This document shows, in pieces, positions 22,318 through 33,120 of a stretch of DNA of 45,554 nt. The notes beneath the pieces were generated by a model. That model did no database searches, was not told the origin of the DNA, and saw nothing but the letters and a program-made list of their open reading frames with translations. The position numbers were made by a program, and so were the translations under genes. Numbering within the stretch: the stretch's first letter is position 1; each line of letters begins with the position of its first letter. The DNA is from Chiloscyllium plagiosum (Eukaryota), in assembly GCF_004010195.1 (NCBI RefSeq), contig NC_057752.1, positions 3,539,065 through 3,584,618 on the forward strand. Reading direction: 5' to 3'.

Positions 22318-23087
22318 TATTGAAACAGGCCCTCCCCAAGCTCAGACCTTTAATGGTGTCTCCTCGATAGTAATTCGATCATATCACAATGTGTTAATCA
22401 GTACACTCAACTCACCTGCCTTACTTATAAGACTCCTTTCATTAAAATTCATGCCATCCAGCCCTGCCATCCTTTGTGCCTTAATTGGACTGGATTCCCT
22501 CCTCCTTCCTGAATGACTTGCTTTTCCTTTTAACCTTGTCTGTGTGTCACGTCCTACTCGGTTATCCCATCGACCCTGCCAAATTAGTCAGAAGCCCAGT
22601 AACACCTCCTTTGCTGATTATCTGAAATCAGAATTCTCTGGTTATCAACAACTGGAAACAAATTCCTTTAACTGACCCTCTCAAAACCTGCTGATTTTGA
22701 ATACCTTCCTTAAATATTCTCTGCCGTCAAATGAATAACCCCAGTTTAGTCTTGTTTATCACTCATTTTTGACTGTCGTGCTTCTAATGGTTTGACAATT
22801 AATTGTAACGTCGCCTTTTTTTTTCATGGTGACACACAGAAGCTACAAAAGAAACACAACACTGGACTCAACTGGCCCATGCTCACTTATCTATTCCACA
22901 CAAGTCACCTCCCACTCTACCTCTTTCCGTGCCCAGACCCCAATGTCCCCACCCCCAACTCCTGTATCCCTCAGATACACAAGGCCACATTCACAAGAAT
23001 GCCTGTTAGGGCAACTCAACAGGGTTTGTCGTCCCTTTGACATTGGGAGAAAGCCCCTGAACTGCGGTATCAGCTGCAGCATAGGCA

Positions 23088-23407
23088 ATTAGATTAGATT
23101 ACTTACAGTGTGGAAACAGGCCCTTCGGCCCAACAAGTCCACGCCGACCCACCAAAGCGCACCCACCTAGACCCATTCCCCTACATATACCCCTGCACCT
23201 AACACTACGGGCAACTTAGCGTGGTCAATTCACCTAACCTGCACATCTTTGTGGCTGTGGGAGGAAACCGGAGTACCCGGAGGAAACCCACGCAGACACG
23301 GGGAGAACGTGCAAACTCCACACAGACAGTCGCCTGAGGCGGAAATTGAACCCGGGTCTCTGGCGCTGTGAGGCAGCAGTGCTAACCACTGTGCCACCGT
23401 GCCACCC
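23088..23407 (-). mobile_element. HE1-type V-SINE, full length
   Basis: (GATTA)n tail, V-domain and head ending gtgccaccgtgccaccc. Confidence 0.93.
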
Positions 23408-24244
23408 ACCAGGTACTGATTGGCCTTTAGTCACTGTAGAACAATTGAGAATGAGCCTTGTTGAGAGGCTTGTCAATGGTGTACAATACATACTCCACAA
23501 CTCCACATATCAAAGCTTTTGGTACAAATTACTCCTCGATAGCAAGTGCTTCAATTTGTATAACACAATAAACTGGATATTTAAACTGCCAAAAGGTAAA
23601 TTACCTTTGGATAATTGTCAATTATTAAACAGCTCCCTGGGGAAATCCCAGGTATGCCATCTGTGCTGTTAAAGCAATATGACACATCAGCTAATTCTCA
23701 TCCTTTGACAATGGGCTATCAACATGTTTGAAAGCGTTTTGTTCTGTGACTTTGGATCAATAATTAGTGATCAATGTTTCACAAGCCTCTACAAGCGTTA
23801 ACTCTAGCGCCAATCAATGATATGCATGTAAACGTGTTCACACAGCAACTCCGTATCCTTGGTTAGGGGCTAGCTGGAGGGGTTGGCTCAGTTGGCCTGG
23901 GTGGTGCCAACAACACGTGGTTACGTTGGAGTAGATTCAGAACCACCCTCCTGTGACCTCACTTCCTTGATATTAGACAGTGCCATGAACGGTAATAGGT
24001 CTCATTCCTGGTATCTATGGCACCCAACAATGGAAAGGTCATGACCTGGAAGGACTTCATAACATCAGATAACTACATTTCATTACAAACTGCAGGAGAC
24101 AAAGATGTAGCCAGGTAATGGAAACAGGACACCACAAAAAAACCCTAATATTGTTCACCACCGACTTAATGGAGAGCCCAACTCAACCAGCATGTGAAGC
24201 CAACATTACAGTGGATTCACCCAGCATTTCATATCCTTTCATGG

Positions 24245-24497
24245 GTAGGTCTTTCCTCACTTGCTTAAATTAGTGCAGCTCCAATAGAGTTCAAAATGCT
24301 CCACAGTATCCAGGCCAAGGCACCCCACTGGATCTGTACCCATCCAGCATCTGATTACTCTCTCTACCAACTGGCACAGAGTGGCAGTAGTGTGTGCTAC
24401 CTACTCGCCAAAGGCTCATTCCAAACATCCAACCTTGACCAGTGAAAAGGACAAGAACAGCAGATTCACGGGAATGCTACAACCTGCAAGTTCCAGA
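24245..24497 (+). mobile_element. Degraded L2/CR1-group LINE 3' fragment
   Basis: Homologous to 25690-25930 (cacttgc...gcagctccaa...atccaggccaaggc...gtggcagtagtgtgt). Confidence 0.6.
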
Positions 24498-24514
24498 TGC
24501 TGTGAACACTCTCA

Positions 24515-24958
24515 AATGCTAGCTATGAAGACAGGTGGTGTAGGTTAGGATTGTTTTCTTTAGAAAAAAGGTGGCTGAGGGGGGACCTGATTGAGGTCTA
24601 CAAAATCATCAAGGGTATAGACAGGGTGGATAGAGACAATCTTTTTCCCAGGGTGAGGGATTCAATAACGAGAGGTCATGTGTTCAAGGTGAGAGGTGAA
24701 AAGTTTAAGGGGGATACACGCGGCAAGTACTTTACACAGAGGGTGGTGGGTGTCGAACGCGTTGCCAGCAGAGGTGGCAGGCACGGTAGATTCATTTAAG
24801 ATACATCTGGACAGATGCATGAGTAGGTGGGGAGCAGAGGGATAGAGATCCTTAGGAATTGGGCGATAGGTTTAGACAGTGGATTTGGATCAGCTCAGGC
24901 TTGGAGGGCCGAAGGGCGTTTTTCTGGGCGGTAACTTTTCTTTAGTCTTTGTTCTTTG
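24515..24958 (+). mobile_element. CR1 LINE 3' fragment
   Basis: FSLEKRWLRGDLIEVYKIIKGIDRVD. Confidence 0.9.
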
Positions 24959-24959
24959 T

Positions 24960-26487
24960 GTATCAGGGGGCAGACTCTCTGCTGGTTGGAGCCATACCTG
25001 GCACATAGAAAGATGGTCGTGGTTGTTGGAGGTCAGTCATCTCAGCTCCAGGACATCTCTGCAGGAGTTCCTCAGGGTAGTGTCCTAGGCCCAACCATCT
25101 TCAGCTGCTTCATCAATGACCTTTCCACCATCGAAAGGTTCAGAAGTGGGGATGTTCACCGATGGCTGCACCACGTTGAGCACCATTTGCGACTCCTCAG
25201 CAGTCCGTGTTCAAATGCAACAAGACTTGAGTAAGAGAAACTGAGGACTGCAGATGCTAGAGATCAGAGTTGAGAGTGTGGTGCTGGACAAAGCACACCA
25301 GGTCAGGCAGCATCTGAGGAGCAGGGGAATCGACGTTTCGGGCATAAGCCCTTCATCATTCCTGAAACTTCGGTAAGATCCAAGTTTAGACTGACAAATA
25401 GTGAGCAACATTTGCACCACACAAGTGCCAGGCAATGGCTATTTCAAACAAGAGCTAATCTAACCATTCCCCTCTTTACATTTAATGCCATTACCATTGT
25501 TGAATTCCCCCACTATCAACATCCTGGAGGTTATTATTGACCAGAAACTGAACTAGATGAGTCATTTAAATAGTGTGGCTGTAAGAGCAGGTCTGAGGCT
25601 AGGAATCCTGCAGTGAGTAACTCACCTCCTAATTCCCCAAAGCCTGTCCACCATCTACAAGGCCCAAGTCAGGAGTGTGATGGAATACTCCCCACTTGCC
25701 TGGATGGGGGCAACTCCAACAAGACTCAAGAAGCTCAACAACTTCCAGGACAAAGTAGCTCCCGTTTGATTGGCACCACATTCACAAGCACCCCCTCCCT
25801 CCACCACCAACACTCAGTAGCAGCAGTGTGTACTATCTACAAGATGCACTGCAGAAATTCACCAAAGAACCTTAGACAGCACCTTCCAAACACACAATCA
25901 TCTCGAAGGATAGGGCCAGCAGGTATATTGGCTGCACATGCTCCTGTAAGCCACATACCATTCAGAATTAGATTAGATTAGATTAGATTAGATTACTTAC
26001 AGTGTGGAAACAGGCCCTTCGGCCCAACAAGTCCACACCGACCCGCCGAAGCGCAACCCACCCATACCCCTACATTTACCCCTTTAACCTAACACTACGG
26101 GCAATTTAGCATGGCCAATTCACCTGACCCGCACATCTTTGTGACTGTGGGAGGAAACCGGAGCACCTGGAGGAAACCCACGCAGACACGGGGAGAATGT
26201 GCAAACTCCACACAGTCAGTCGCCTGAGTCGGGAATTGAACCCGGGTCTCTGACGCTGTGAGGCAGCAGTGCTAACCACTGTGCCACCGTGCCGCCCATA
26301 ATTGGAAATATATTGCCATTCCTTCCGAGTCATGGGGTCAAAGTCCTGAAACTTGCTCCCTCACAGCACCATGGGATTGGCCAAATGGACTGCAGCGGTT
26401 CAAGAAGGCACCTCACCACCACCTTTCCCAGGGCAACGTGGGACGGGCAATAAATGCTGGCCCAGTCAGTGACATCCACATCCCACT
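24960..26487 (+). mobile_element. L2/CR1-group LINE (RT to 3' end), interrupted by an HHR mini-element (~25237-25363) and an HE1 SINE
   Basis: RKMVVVVGGQSS...AGVPQGSVLGPTIFSCFINDL; TIYKAQVRSVMEYSPLAW; tail gggcaataaatgctggccc. Confidence 0.88.
25967..26297 (-). mobile_element. HE1-type V-SINE, full length
   Basis: Long (GATTA)n tail, V-domain and head. Confidence 0.93.
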
Positions 26488-26865
26488 GTCATAGTCAAAA
26501 CAGATAAGGAGAAATCTCAAAGAAACTGCTTTCTCTTCTATATTTTTCTGTTCACATTCCAATTCTGTAAAAATGAACAACATTCTTGGACTCAAGTAAC
26601 ATCGGAGGATCCTCCTCTGAACAAAGGAAATAATGATCTATTGTGCTGAAGTGAGCACCAATGCTTTACTGGTGACCTCTTCACCCTGCAATGGAAACTC
26701 TATTGGTGGAGGTAAACTTCCACTGTTGGCTTAACCGCCTTCCAGGTGGCCAATCAAGATGGGCCAGTGGCACCGGAAATGCCTGCCATTGTCACATGAC
26801 TGAAATCGAAGCCGGGTTCACTAAAACGTACAATTTATAACCTATTTCCTTCATGTTTGTGTGGG

Positions 26866-27645
26866 TGTTAATGGAGTCGGTGACGCGATTCCCCTGATTC
26901 TAAATGTTTTTGTTAACAAACCCAGTTTGATTTCACATTCAAGGACGTTGCTGTGGGTTTATTTTAAAAAGATTGGACTCTAAAAAACAGAGTTTTGGAT
27001 ATACCTGAGGATCTAAAATCTAGATTTAGGCTGTTGTCAGGAGCAACCATTTAATGCATGCCTTTACTAACTTCAAAATGGCTTCTCAATGCAAGTAACA
27101 TAAAGTAACATAATAAAATGGCTTCTGGCTGCAAATTAACACTGTGTTTAAAACGGCTTTTCACCCTGCCAAAAGCTGCATTCCGGAGCTAACTAACTCA
27201 AAGGTTAGCAGACTATGCTCCCTTTAACCAAGCTAGATATGACATTACTCACCATCCTAGCTGGCCTTGTAGACACAGGTGCAGAGAGATAAAATGTCCA
27301 AAACACCGTTGGCTCCCAGGAAATACCATTGGGTTAACCTGTTGTCCATAATGTCACATTTGATTCGATTTGCTCTGGAATTAAGGCTATACTATTTCGT
27401 AAGAACCATATAAAATTGTCCTTGTTTTAAGTTATTTTGCACAGCTTTCCAGAGTGCAGAGGTGTGGAACCCCTGTGTTGCTGGATAACCTATGCCCGGT
27501 GTCGTAATAAGTTGTTAAATCTTGCTGAACCAGACCGAGCTGCTAGCGTTTATTTGACCGATTGCGGAACCGAAAGGCCCCTGCCAGGGGTCTAGATCTT
27601 TATACCCTTTGGCCTACCTCAGCAAGGGACGGAAAGGGAAAACAG
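26866..27645 (+). mobile_element. Putative ERV-type solo LTR (boundaries uncertain)
   Basis: Non-coding; duplicated YY1-like aaaatggcttct (~27076, ~27115); catataaaa at 27407; relatively CpG-rich 3' part; candidate TG/CA ends; no clean TSD. Confidence 0.35.
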
Positions 27646-27944
27646 CAACGCAAACGATATCTCACCTATCTCGGGCTTATGAGGGGAAAAACAATCACTC
27701 CCATTCCCTCGTTGGCTCTGACACCGTGAATAGATAAATTCAAATAAAAACTGCAGTTGCATAGGGATTGGAACAAGCTGTTATAAAGGATTACACCAAA
27801 CTAAGTTAACTCCTGGAGCAAAGATGGAGGCCATCCAACCTATCTTGCCCATACTGCCTGTTCAAGCCTTGTCTTCCCTCTTCCCCTACCCTTTCCCACA
27901 GCCTTATCCATACCTGTTATCACCTTTTCAATACTCTCTTGCCC

Positions 27945-28365
27945 TCTAAGGAGAGACTAGATAGGCATTGATTGTTTTCTTTCAAGCAGAAAAGGCTGAG
28001 GGGGGGACCTGACTGAGGTGTATAAGATCATGAGGGGTATGAATAGGGTGAATAAAGAGATGTTCCACTTGGTTGAGGGGTCAGTCACGATGGGGCATAG
28101 GTTTAGGGTAAGGGGCAGGACATTCTGAGGGGATTTGGGAAAAAGACCTTTTTCACTCAGCGGGGGTGGTGGGAATCCGAGATGGGGAAGGCAGTGGTGG
28201 GCAGAGACCTTACAACCTTCAAAAAAAAAAATTTGGATGAAATATAGCATTCAAGGATATGCGACAAAGTACAGGAAATTGGGATTAGCACGCCTTTAAT
28301 GGCAGCTCTTGTCGAGGCAGACTGATAGGCCGAAGGGCCTGTTTTGCGCAGTATGACTCCATGCC
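27945..28365 (+). mobile_element. CR1 LINE 3' fragment
   Basis: aggctgagggggggacctgactgaggtgtataagatcatgagggg. Confidence 0.85.
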
Positions 28366-29162
28366 TCTACTGTCTGTATCTAATTTAAGATAATTACATT
28401 TCATTTGCCTTTACTTTTCGAGATGCTATGTCGAGGCATTCATTATCATTGAAGTAAAAGCATCAAAGGCTTATATCTCCCACAAAGCCTGATTGTAAAA
28501 TCAGGAAAATTGGACTGACTTTACTTATTGGTGACATGAAAGAATCCTTTCTCTGTCATGCTGGCGTAGAGGTGAACCTTACTTCAGTTTCGAAACGCCA
28601 ATGAGGAATGAACAACGAATATGAAGAAAATTAACGCTATAATGGAAGCACTGAGACTCTCACAGAGTGGACACTTAAAAAAAGCAGCAACAAAACTACA
28701 TCCCTCAGGTTGGGGGGCAAAGATGATGGAATGGGTTCTGGAAGGACAGTTTGCTTCAAGGTTCTCAAGGAACTGACTATTTGGTGTCTGAAATATTCAT
28801 GGACGCAATAAGCTTTCGATGTTAAAATAATGCACTGTATCATTGTAAAGTTTCCATCCAAGTGCCTCAATGCTTTTAGAATTTAATGCAATTAATTAGT
28901 TTAATATGAGACAATCTGAATACCTATTCACTTGTTTTCAGAGTGATTTCTCTACTGCTTCGACATTAATGAGGTTTTCTGCTCCCTTTAACATGACTAA
29001 CAACTTGCACACTGTGTCCAACACAGCAAAGTGCTCCGAAATGATACACACATGGAGGTCTGAGCAAATCATCGAACCGGAGCTGAGTGGAGATGGCCAA
29101 AGGTGTGATTTCATTCGCCCCTTTCCAAGCTGGTCAGCCTAGGAACAGAATACCTGAGAACG

Positions 29163-29540
29163 GTGATCTGAAACCAGAGATAATGGTCATGGTTTACCAG
29201 GGCAACCGTGATCTCCACACTTCCACATGTTTTGGAGATGTGGACAACTTATAACAAGCGCCTCAACGTACTGGAAACAACGCGTGTGAAGAAGGTCTGA
29301 CAGCGTTCTCTCCCAAGTCAACATGTCCAGCGTCAAGGCACTAATTACTCAAAACCAACTCTGCTACCTGGGACATGGCATTCATGCCCCCTGGCATCAA
29401 ACTCCCAAGGCAAGTGCTGTAATCCTGGCAGGAGCCTCCCAGGAGGATGGTGGAAACGCTTTAGGGATGTTCCTCAAAGTATCCGCAAAGAGGTCAAATA
29501 TTATGAGAGTCCAAAATGGGGAAGGCCCAGTCAGAAAAAC
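29163..29540 (+). mobile_element. RTE-clade LINE remnant
   Basis: Frameshifted DLKPE.MVMVYQ; LEMWTTYNKRLNVLE; SQVNMSSVKALITQNQLCYLGH; PGGWWKRFRDV. Resembles the RTE C-terminus (ETWT...QLRWAGH...GGQRKRF). Confidence 0.7.
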
Positions 29541-29554
29541 ACTGCATCAGGAAT

Positions 29555-29758
29555 GTGGAGAAGTGAGTTATAAGGAGAGGCTGAGACTTCTTTCATTGGA
29601 GCGTAGGAGGTTGAGGGGTTATCTTACATAGGTTTATAAAATCAGAAGGGGTACGGATAAGGTGGAGGGGAGAGTTTTAATGTGAGAGGAGAGAGATTCG
29701 AAAAAGACACGAGGAGCAACTCTTTTACGTGGTTCCTGTGTGGAAAGAACTTCCAGAA
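29555..29758 (+). mobile_element. CR1 fragment
   Basis: SYKERLRLLSLERRRLRG; RGERFEKD. Confidence 0.8.
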
Positions 29759-29759
29759 C

Positions 29760-30067
29760 TTTGCATCCAGTGTGGCAGTCGCAAGTTGGCTGAAGTTCTG
29801 GAGTAGGATGCAAAATAGTGAGACTATACTGGGATTTGTCCAGGTGGGAAAGTCCCTGAATTGGAATTATTTCTTTGATGTAAGGATGATAAGCAGAACT
29901 CAGAAAATATATATCTCTGGAAAAAAACTCGACAGGGTGAGCTGCGTTCCCAAGTCCCATTATTTTGCATCCTACTGCAGACCTACAGCCAACTTGCCAC
30001 CGCCACACTGGATGCAAAATAGTGAGACTAGGCAGGGGAAAGTGCCTGACTTGGAATTATTCTGATG
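29760..30067. repeat. Interleaved inverted and direct repeat structure
   Basis: 66-bp inverted arms at 29760-29825 and 29953-30018; direct repeat 29806-29880 vs 30010-30067. Confidence 0.85.
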
Positions 30068-30282
30068 AAAAACCTGCCAACTGCAAAGTAAAACTCCAAG
30101 TTACTCCTTTCAGGTAGTTGACTGGCAGTTGAGTAAATCAAAGCAGCATATCAAATTCTAGAAGGATGGGACATGATGTTTGATACATGATGCTGGCATT
30201 GCAAGGTTTAGAATGTATTTCATGGGCAGGGCTCCTAATTTCTGTACCTCAACATTAAATACAAACGTTTCAGCCACATCGT

Positions 30283-30605
30283 GAGTGGAACGGTGGCTCA
30301 GTGGTTAGCACTGCTGCCTCACAGTGCCAGGAACCTGGGTTCGATTCTCCCCTCAGCTGACTGTCTGTGTGGAGCTTGCACATTCTCCCAGTGTCTGCGG
30401 GCGTTGCTCCGGTTTCCTCCCACAATCCAAAGATGTGCAGGTCAAGTGAATTGACTATGCTAATTCGCCCCTACTGTTAGGTGCATTCGTCAGGGGTAAA
30501 TCTAGGGTAGGGGAATGGGTCTGGGTGGGTTACTCTTCAGAGGGTCGGTGTGGACGGGTTGGGCCGAAGGGCCTGTTTCCACACTGTAGGGAATCTAATC
30601 TAATC
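30283..30605 (+). mobile_element. HE1-type V-SINE
   Basis: Head, V-domain and TAATC tail. Confidence 0.9.
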
Positions 30606-31404
30606 ATGAATTGCCCAATCTCCCCTCTACATGCTTCTCCACAACCAAGCTGACTGCTTGATCAATGGGCTTTTACTTGGAAATAGTGGGATTATGGGCC
30701 ATTTCCTCATTACAATATGGACTGTGCTTCAAAAGCAAAGCATGTAAGCACTTTGAGACATTCGGTGGTCATGAAAAAGCTCTATTTAACTAAATTCAAG
30801 TCTTCCTTTTTTCTTGAATGGACAGTTATGTCAGTTTCCAGCATTTTAAAGAGCTCGTATATATTTGTGGATTTAAATATTTTTAATTAAATGAAGTGTC
30901 AGTGTCAGTAAGCGTCCACTTTGCAAACAGTCATATAATGCAGACTGAAACTGCAATTTGTTTTTCTCGCCTTCCTCAGGTTTCCCAGTCGATACAAATT
31001 TAGCAAGTCCCGGACTGAGTGACAGGACTGTATCAACCAGTATTAAATTGAGCGAGGCCAGCGTTATATTTATATAGCACCTGTCTTGCCCTGAAAGCGT
31101 GCCAAATTGTCTCACAGCTAACGCAGTCGTTTTATACCGTTGCACACTGTACTGTGACATCACTCCGCCATCCAGCCAACTGATCATTAACCACAGCAAT
31201 AAATGACAAGGTAGGATGATCCCAAATTAATTTGTAAACACACGATTCATCAAGTTGCGCAAAGATTTGCATACATCACTCACAGGTGACTGAACTTTAA
31301 TTAACAAATTCTACTTCGCCCTTAAACAATGCATACATTTTACAGCATAAAACATTTAGCCCAACTAGTCACGAGTAGTGCATGTGGGAAGAGGTGATGA
31401 CCGA

Positions 31405-31715
31405 GCAGCATTACCTCTCTCTTCATCCTGAAACCCAGGAAGAGTTCTTTGGACCTGCTTTCAAATCCCACCATGACAAATGGGTGGCATTTGAATTTAA
31501 CAAAAAAAAAACTGAAGGGAAGAATCTAATGGCGATCATGGTCAAATTATTGATCAAAGAAAACTAATCTTCACAAATCCTTTGAGGAAGGAAATCTGCC
31601 ATCCTGACCTTGTCTGGCCTACAAAGCGGGTTGACTCCTTCCTGGCCTCTGGGCAATAAGGGATTGGCAATAAATGCTGGCCCAGCCAATGATGCCTACA
31701 TGAATTAAACAAAAA
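31405..31715 (+). mobile_element. MetaSINE-like SINE, degraded
   Basis: gaaggaaatctgccatcctgaccttgtctggcctaca...gggcaataagggattggcaataaatgctggccc. Confidence 0.75.
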
Positions 31716-32071
31716 AACACAAGCTCCTTTCACACCTCAGCTCATCAACATCTTCTTCATATTATGTTCTCACTTCCATAATTCACCCACTTCCTCTTAA
31801 ATGGACGCAAGTTCCTCACCTCAACACACTCTGCCATCTACAGGCCAGGTTGGGAAAGGACCAGACAGAGAGGCAACATCATAACCTGGGGAGAAGGACA
31901 ACTGACAGTGGTATGTCGAACTGCAGTGAACAGAGAGGGTTTCTTGGCTCATTATGAATGGATGGATGTTCCCCATTGAAGAGATCTCCTCTGTACAAGA
32001 TTGCAGCTTAGTGTAAAGTCCCCATGTAATACTGAGCCATACCAAACCAGGCAAGTCCCATGTTTGCCTCA

Positions 32072-32735
32072 AAGCAAAATGTTGCGGATGCTGGAAATCT
32101 GAAGTAAGAATAGAAAGTGGTGGAAAGATTCAGCAGGTCTGAAGAGAAACAGAGCTAACATTTTGAGTCTGTCATGGCTTTTCCTGAACTGAAAGGAATA
32201 GGAAATGGTGCGCTTTTATGCAGAATCGAATCCCTACAAAGAGAAAGCAGGCCATTCAGTCCATACTGACCCTCCCATAAATCCCCCTAGACAGGGCACT
32301 ATGAGCAATTGAGCATGGCCAATCCACCCTAAACTGCACATCGTTGGACTGTGGGAGGAAACTGGAGCACCCGGAGGAAACCCACGCAGACACGGGGAGA
32401 ACGTGCAAACTCCACACAGCCAGTCACCTGAGGCTGGGATCGAACCCAGGTCCCTGGTGCTGTGAGGCAGCAGTGCTAACCACTGAGCCATCGTACCGCC
32501 CCTGTAGACAGAGGGGAACGAGGTGCAAATGGAACAGATTGTGTGGGCTCCCAGAGCAAAAGACAAGAGTCCATTCTCTGAAGTTGTGGAGCTGAGCATT
32601 GAGTCCTAGAAGCTGTAAGGTATCTTGGTGGGAAATGAGGTGCTCTTAAGCTCGCGATGAGCATTATTGGAACACTATAGCAGGACATGAGTGGAAATGG
32701 AAGCATGGGAACATGCCAGTTGATTGAAATGGCAC
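32072..32735 (-). mobile_element. Old Penelope-like 3' remnant with an HE1 SINE inserted at ~32227-32501
   Basis: Minus strand of 32575-32735 reads CHFN...EHLISHQDTLQLLGLNAQLHNFR (GIY-YIG C-terminus); PLE tail at 32072-32223. Confidence 0.7.
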
Positions 32736-33120
32736 GTAAGACCTCTGTACTTCATTTTTCCAACACTGCCCATCTCTGCAGAAAGAGAAGGAGGGATTTC
32801 AATCCCACACTGAAGGACATTAGTGTCTGAACACTGAACACATGCGTGTGTTTCAGTACGTGGTCATCTTAAATGGGTTAACACCTCAAGAAAAAAGCGA
32901 GAGAAAACTCAATGTTAAATACGATTGAACGGTGATGACATTTCACAGCTCCGGACAAAAGAATTGATGTTGAAATCTTTACCCAAATGCCAATAACCCT
33001 CAACTCATTCTGAAACTGACAGAACGGCAAGGCAATACTTCAGGCTGTGAATAAAGGTCCTTCTGCTCTACCCCAGTAATGTACGACATTCCCCCAGAGA
33101 AGGGCATCGTCAGCTGCATA

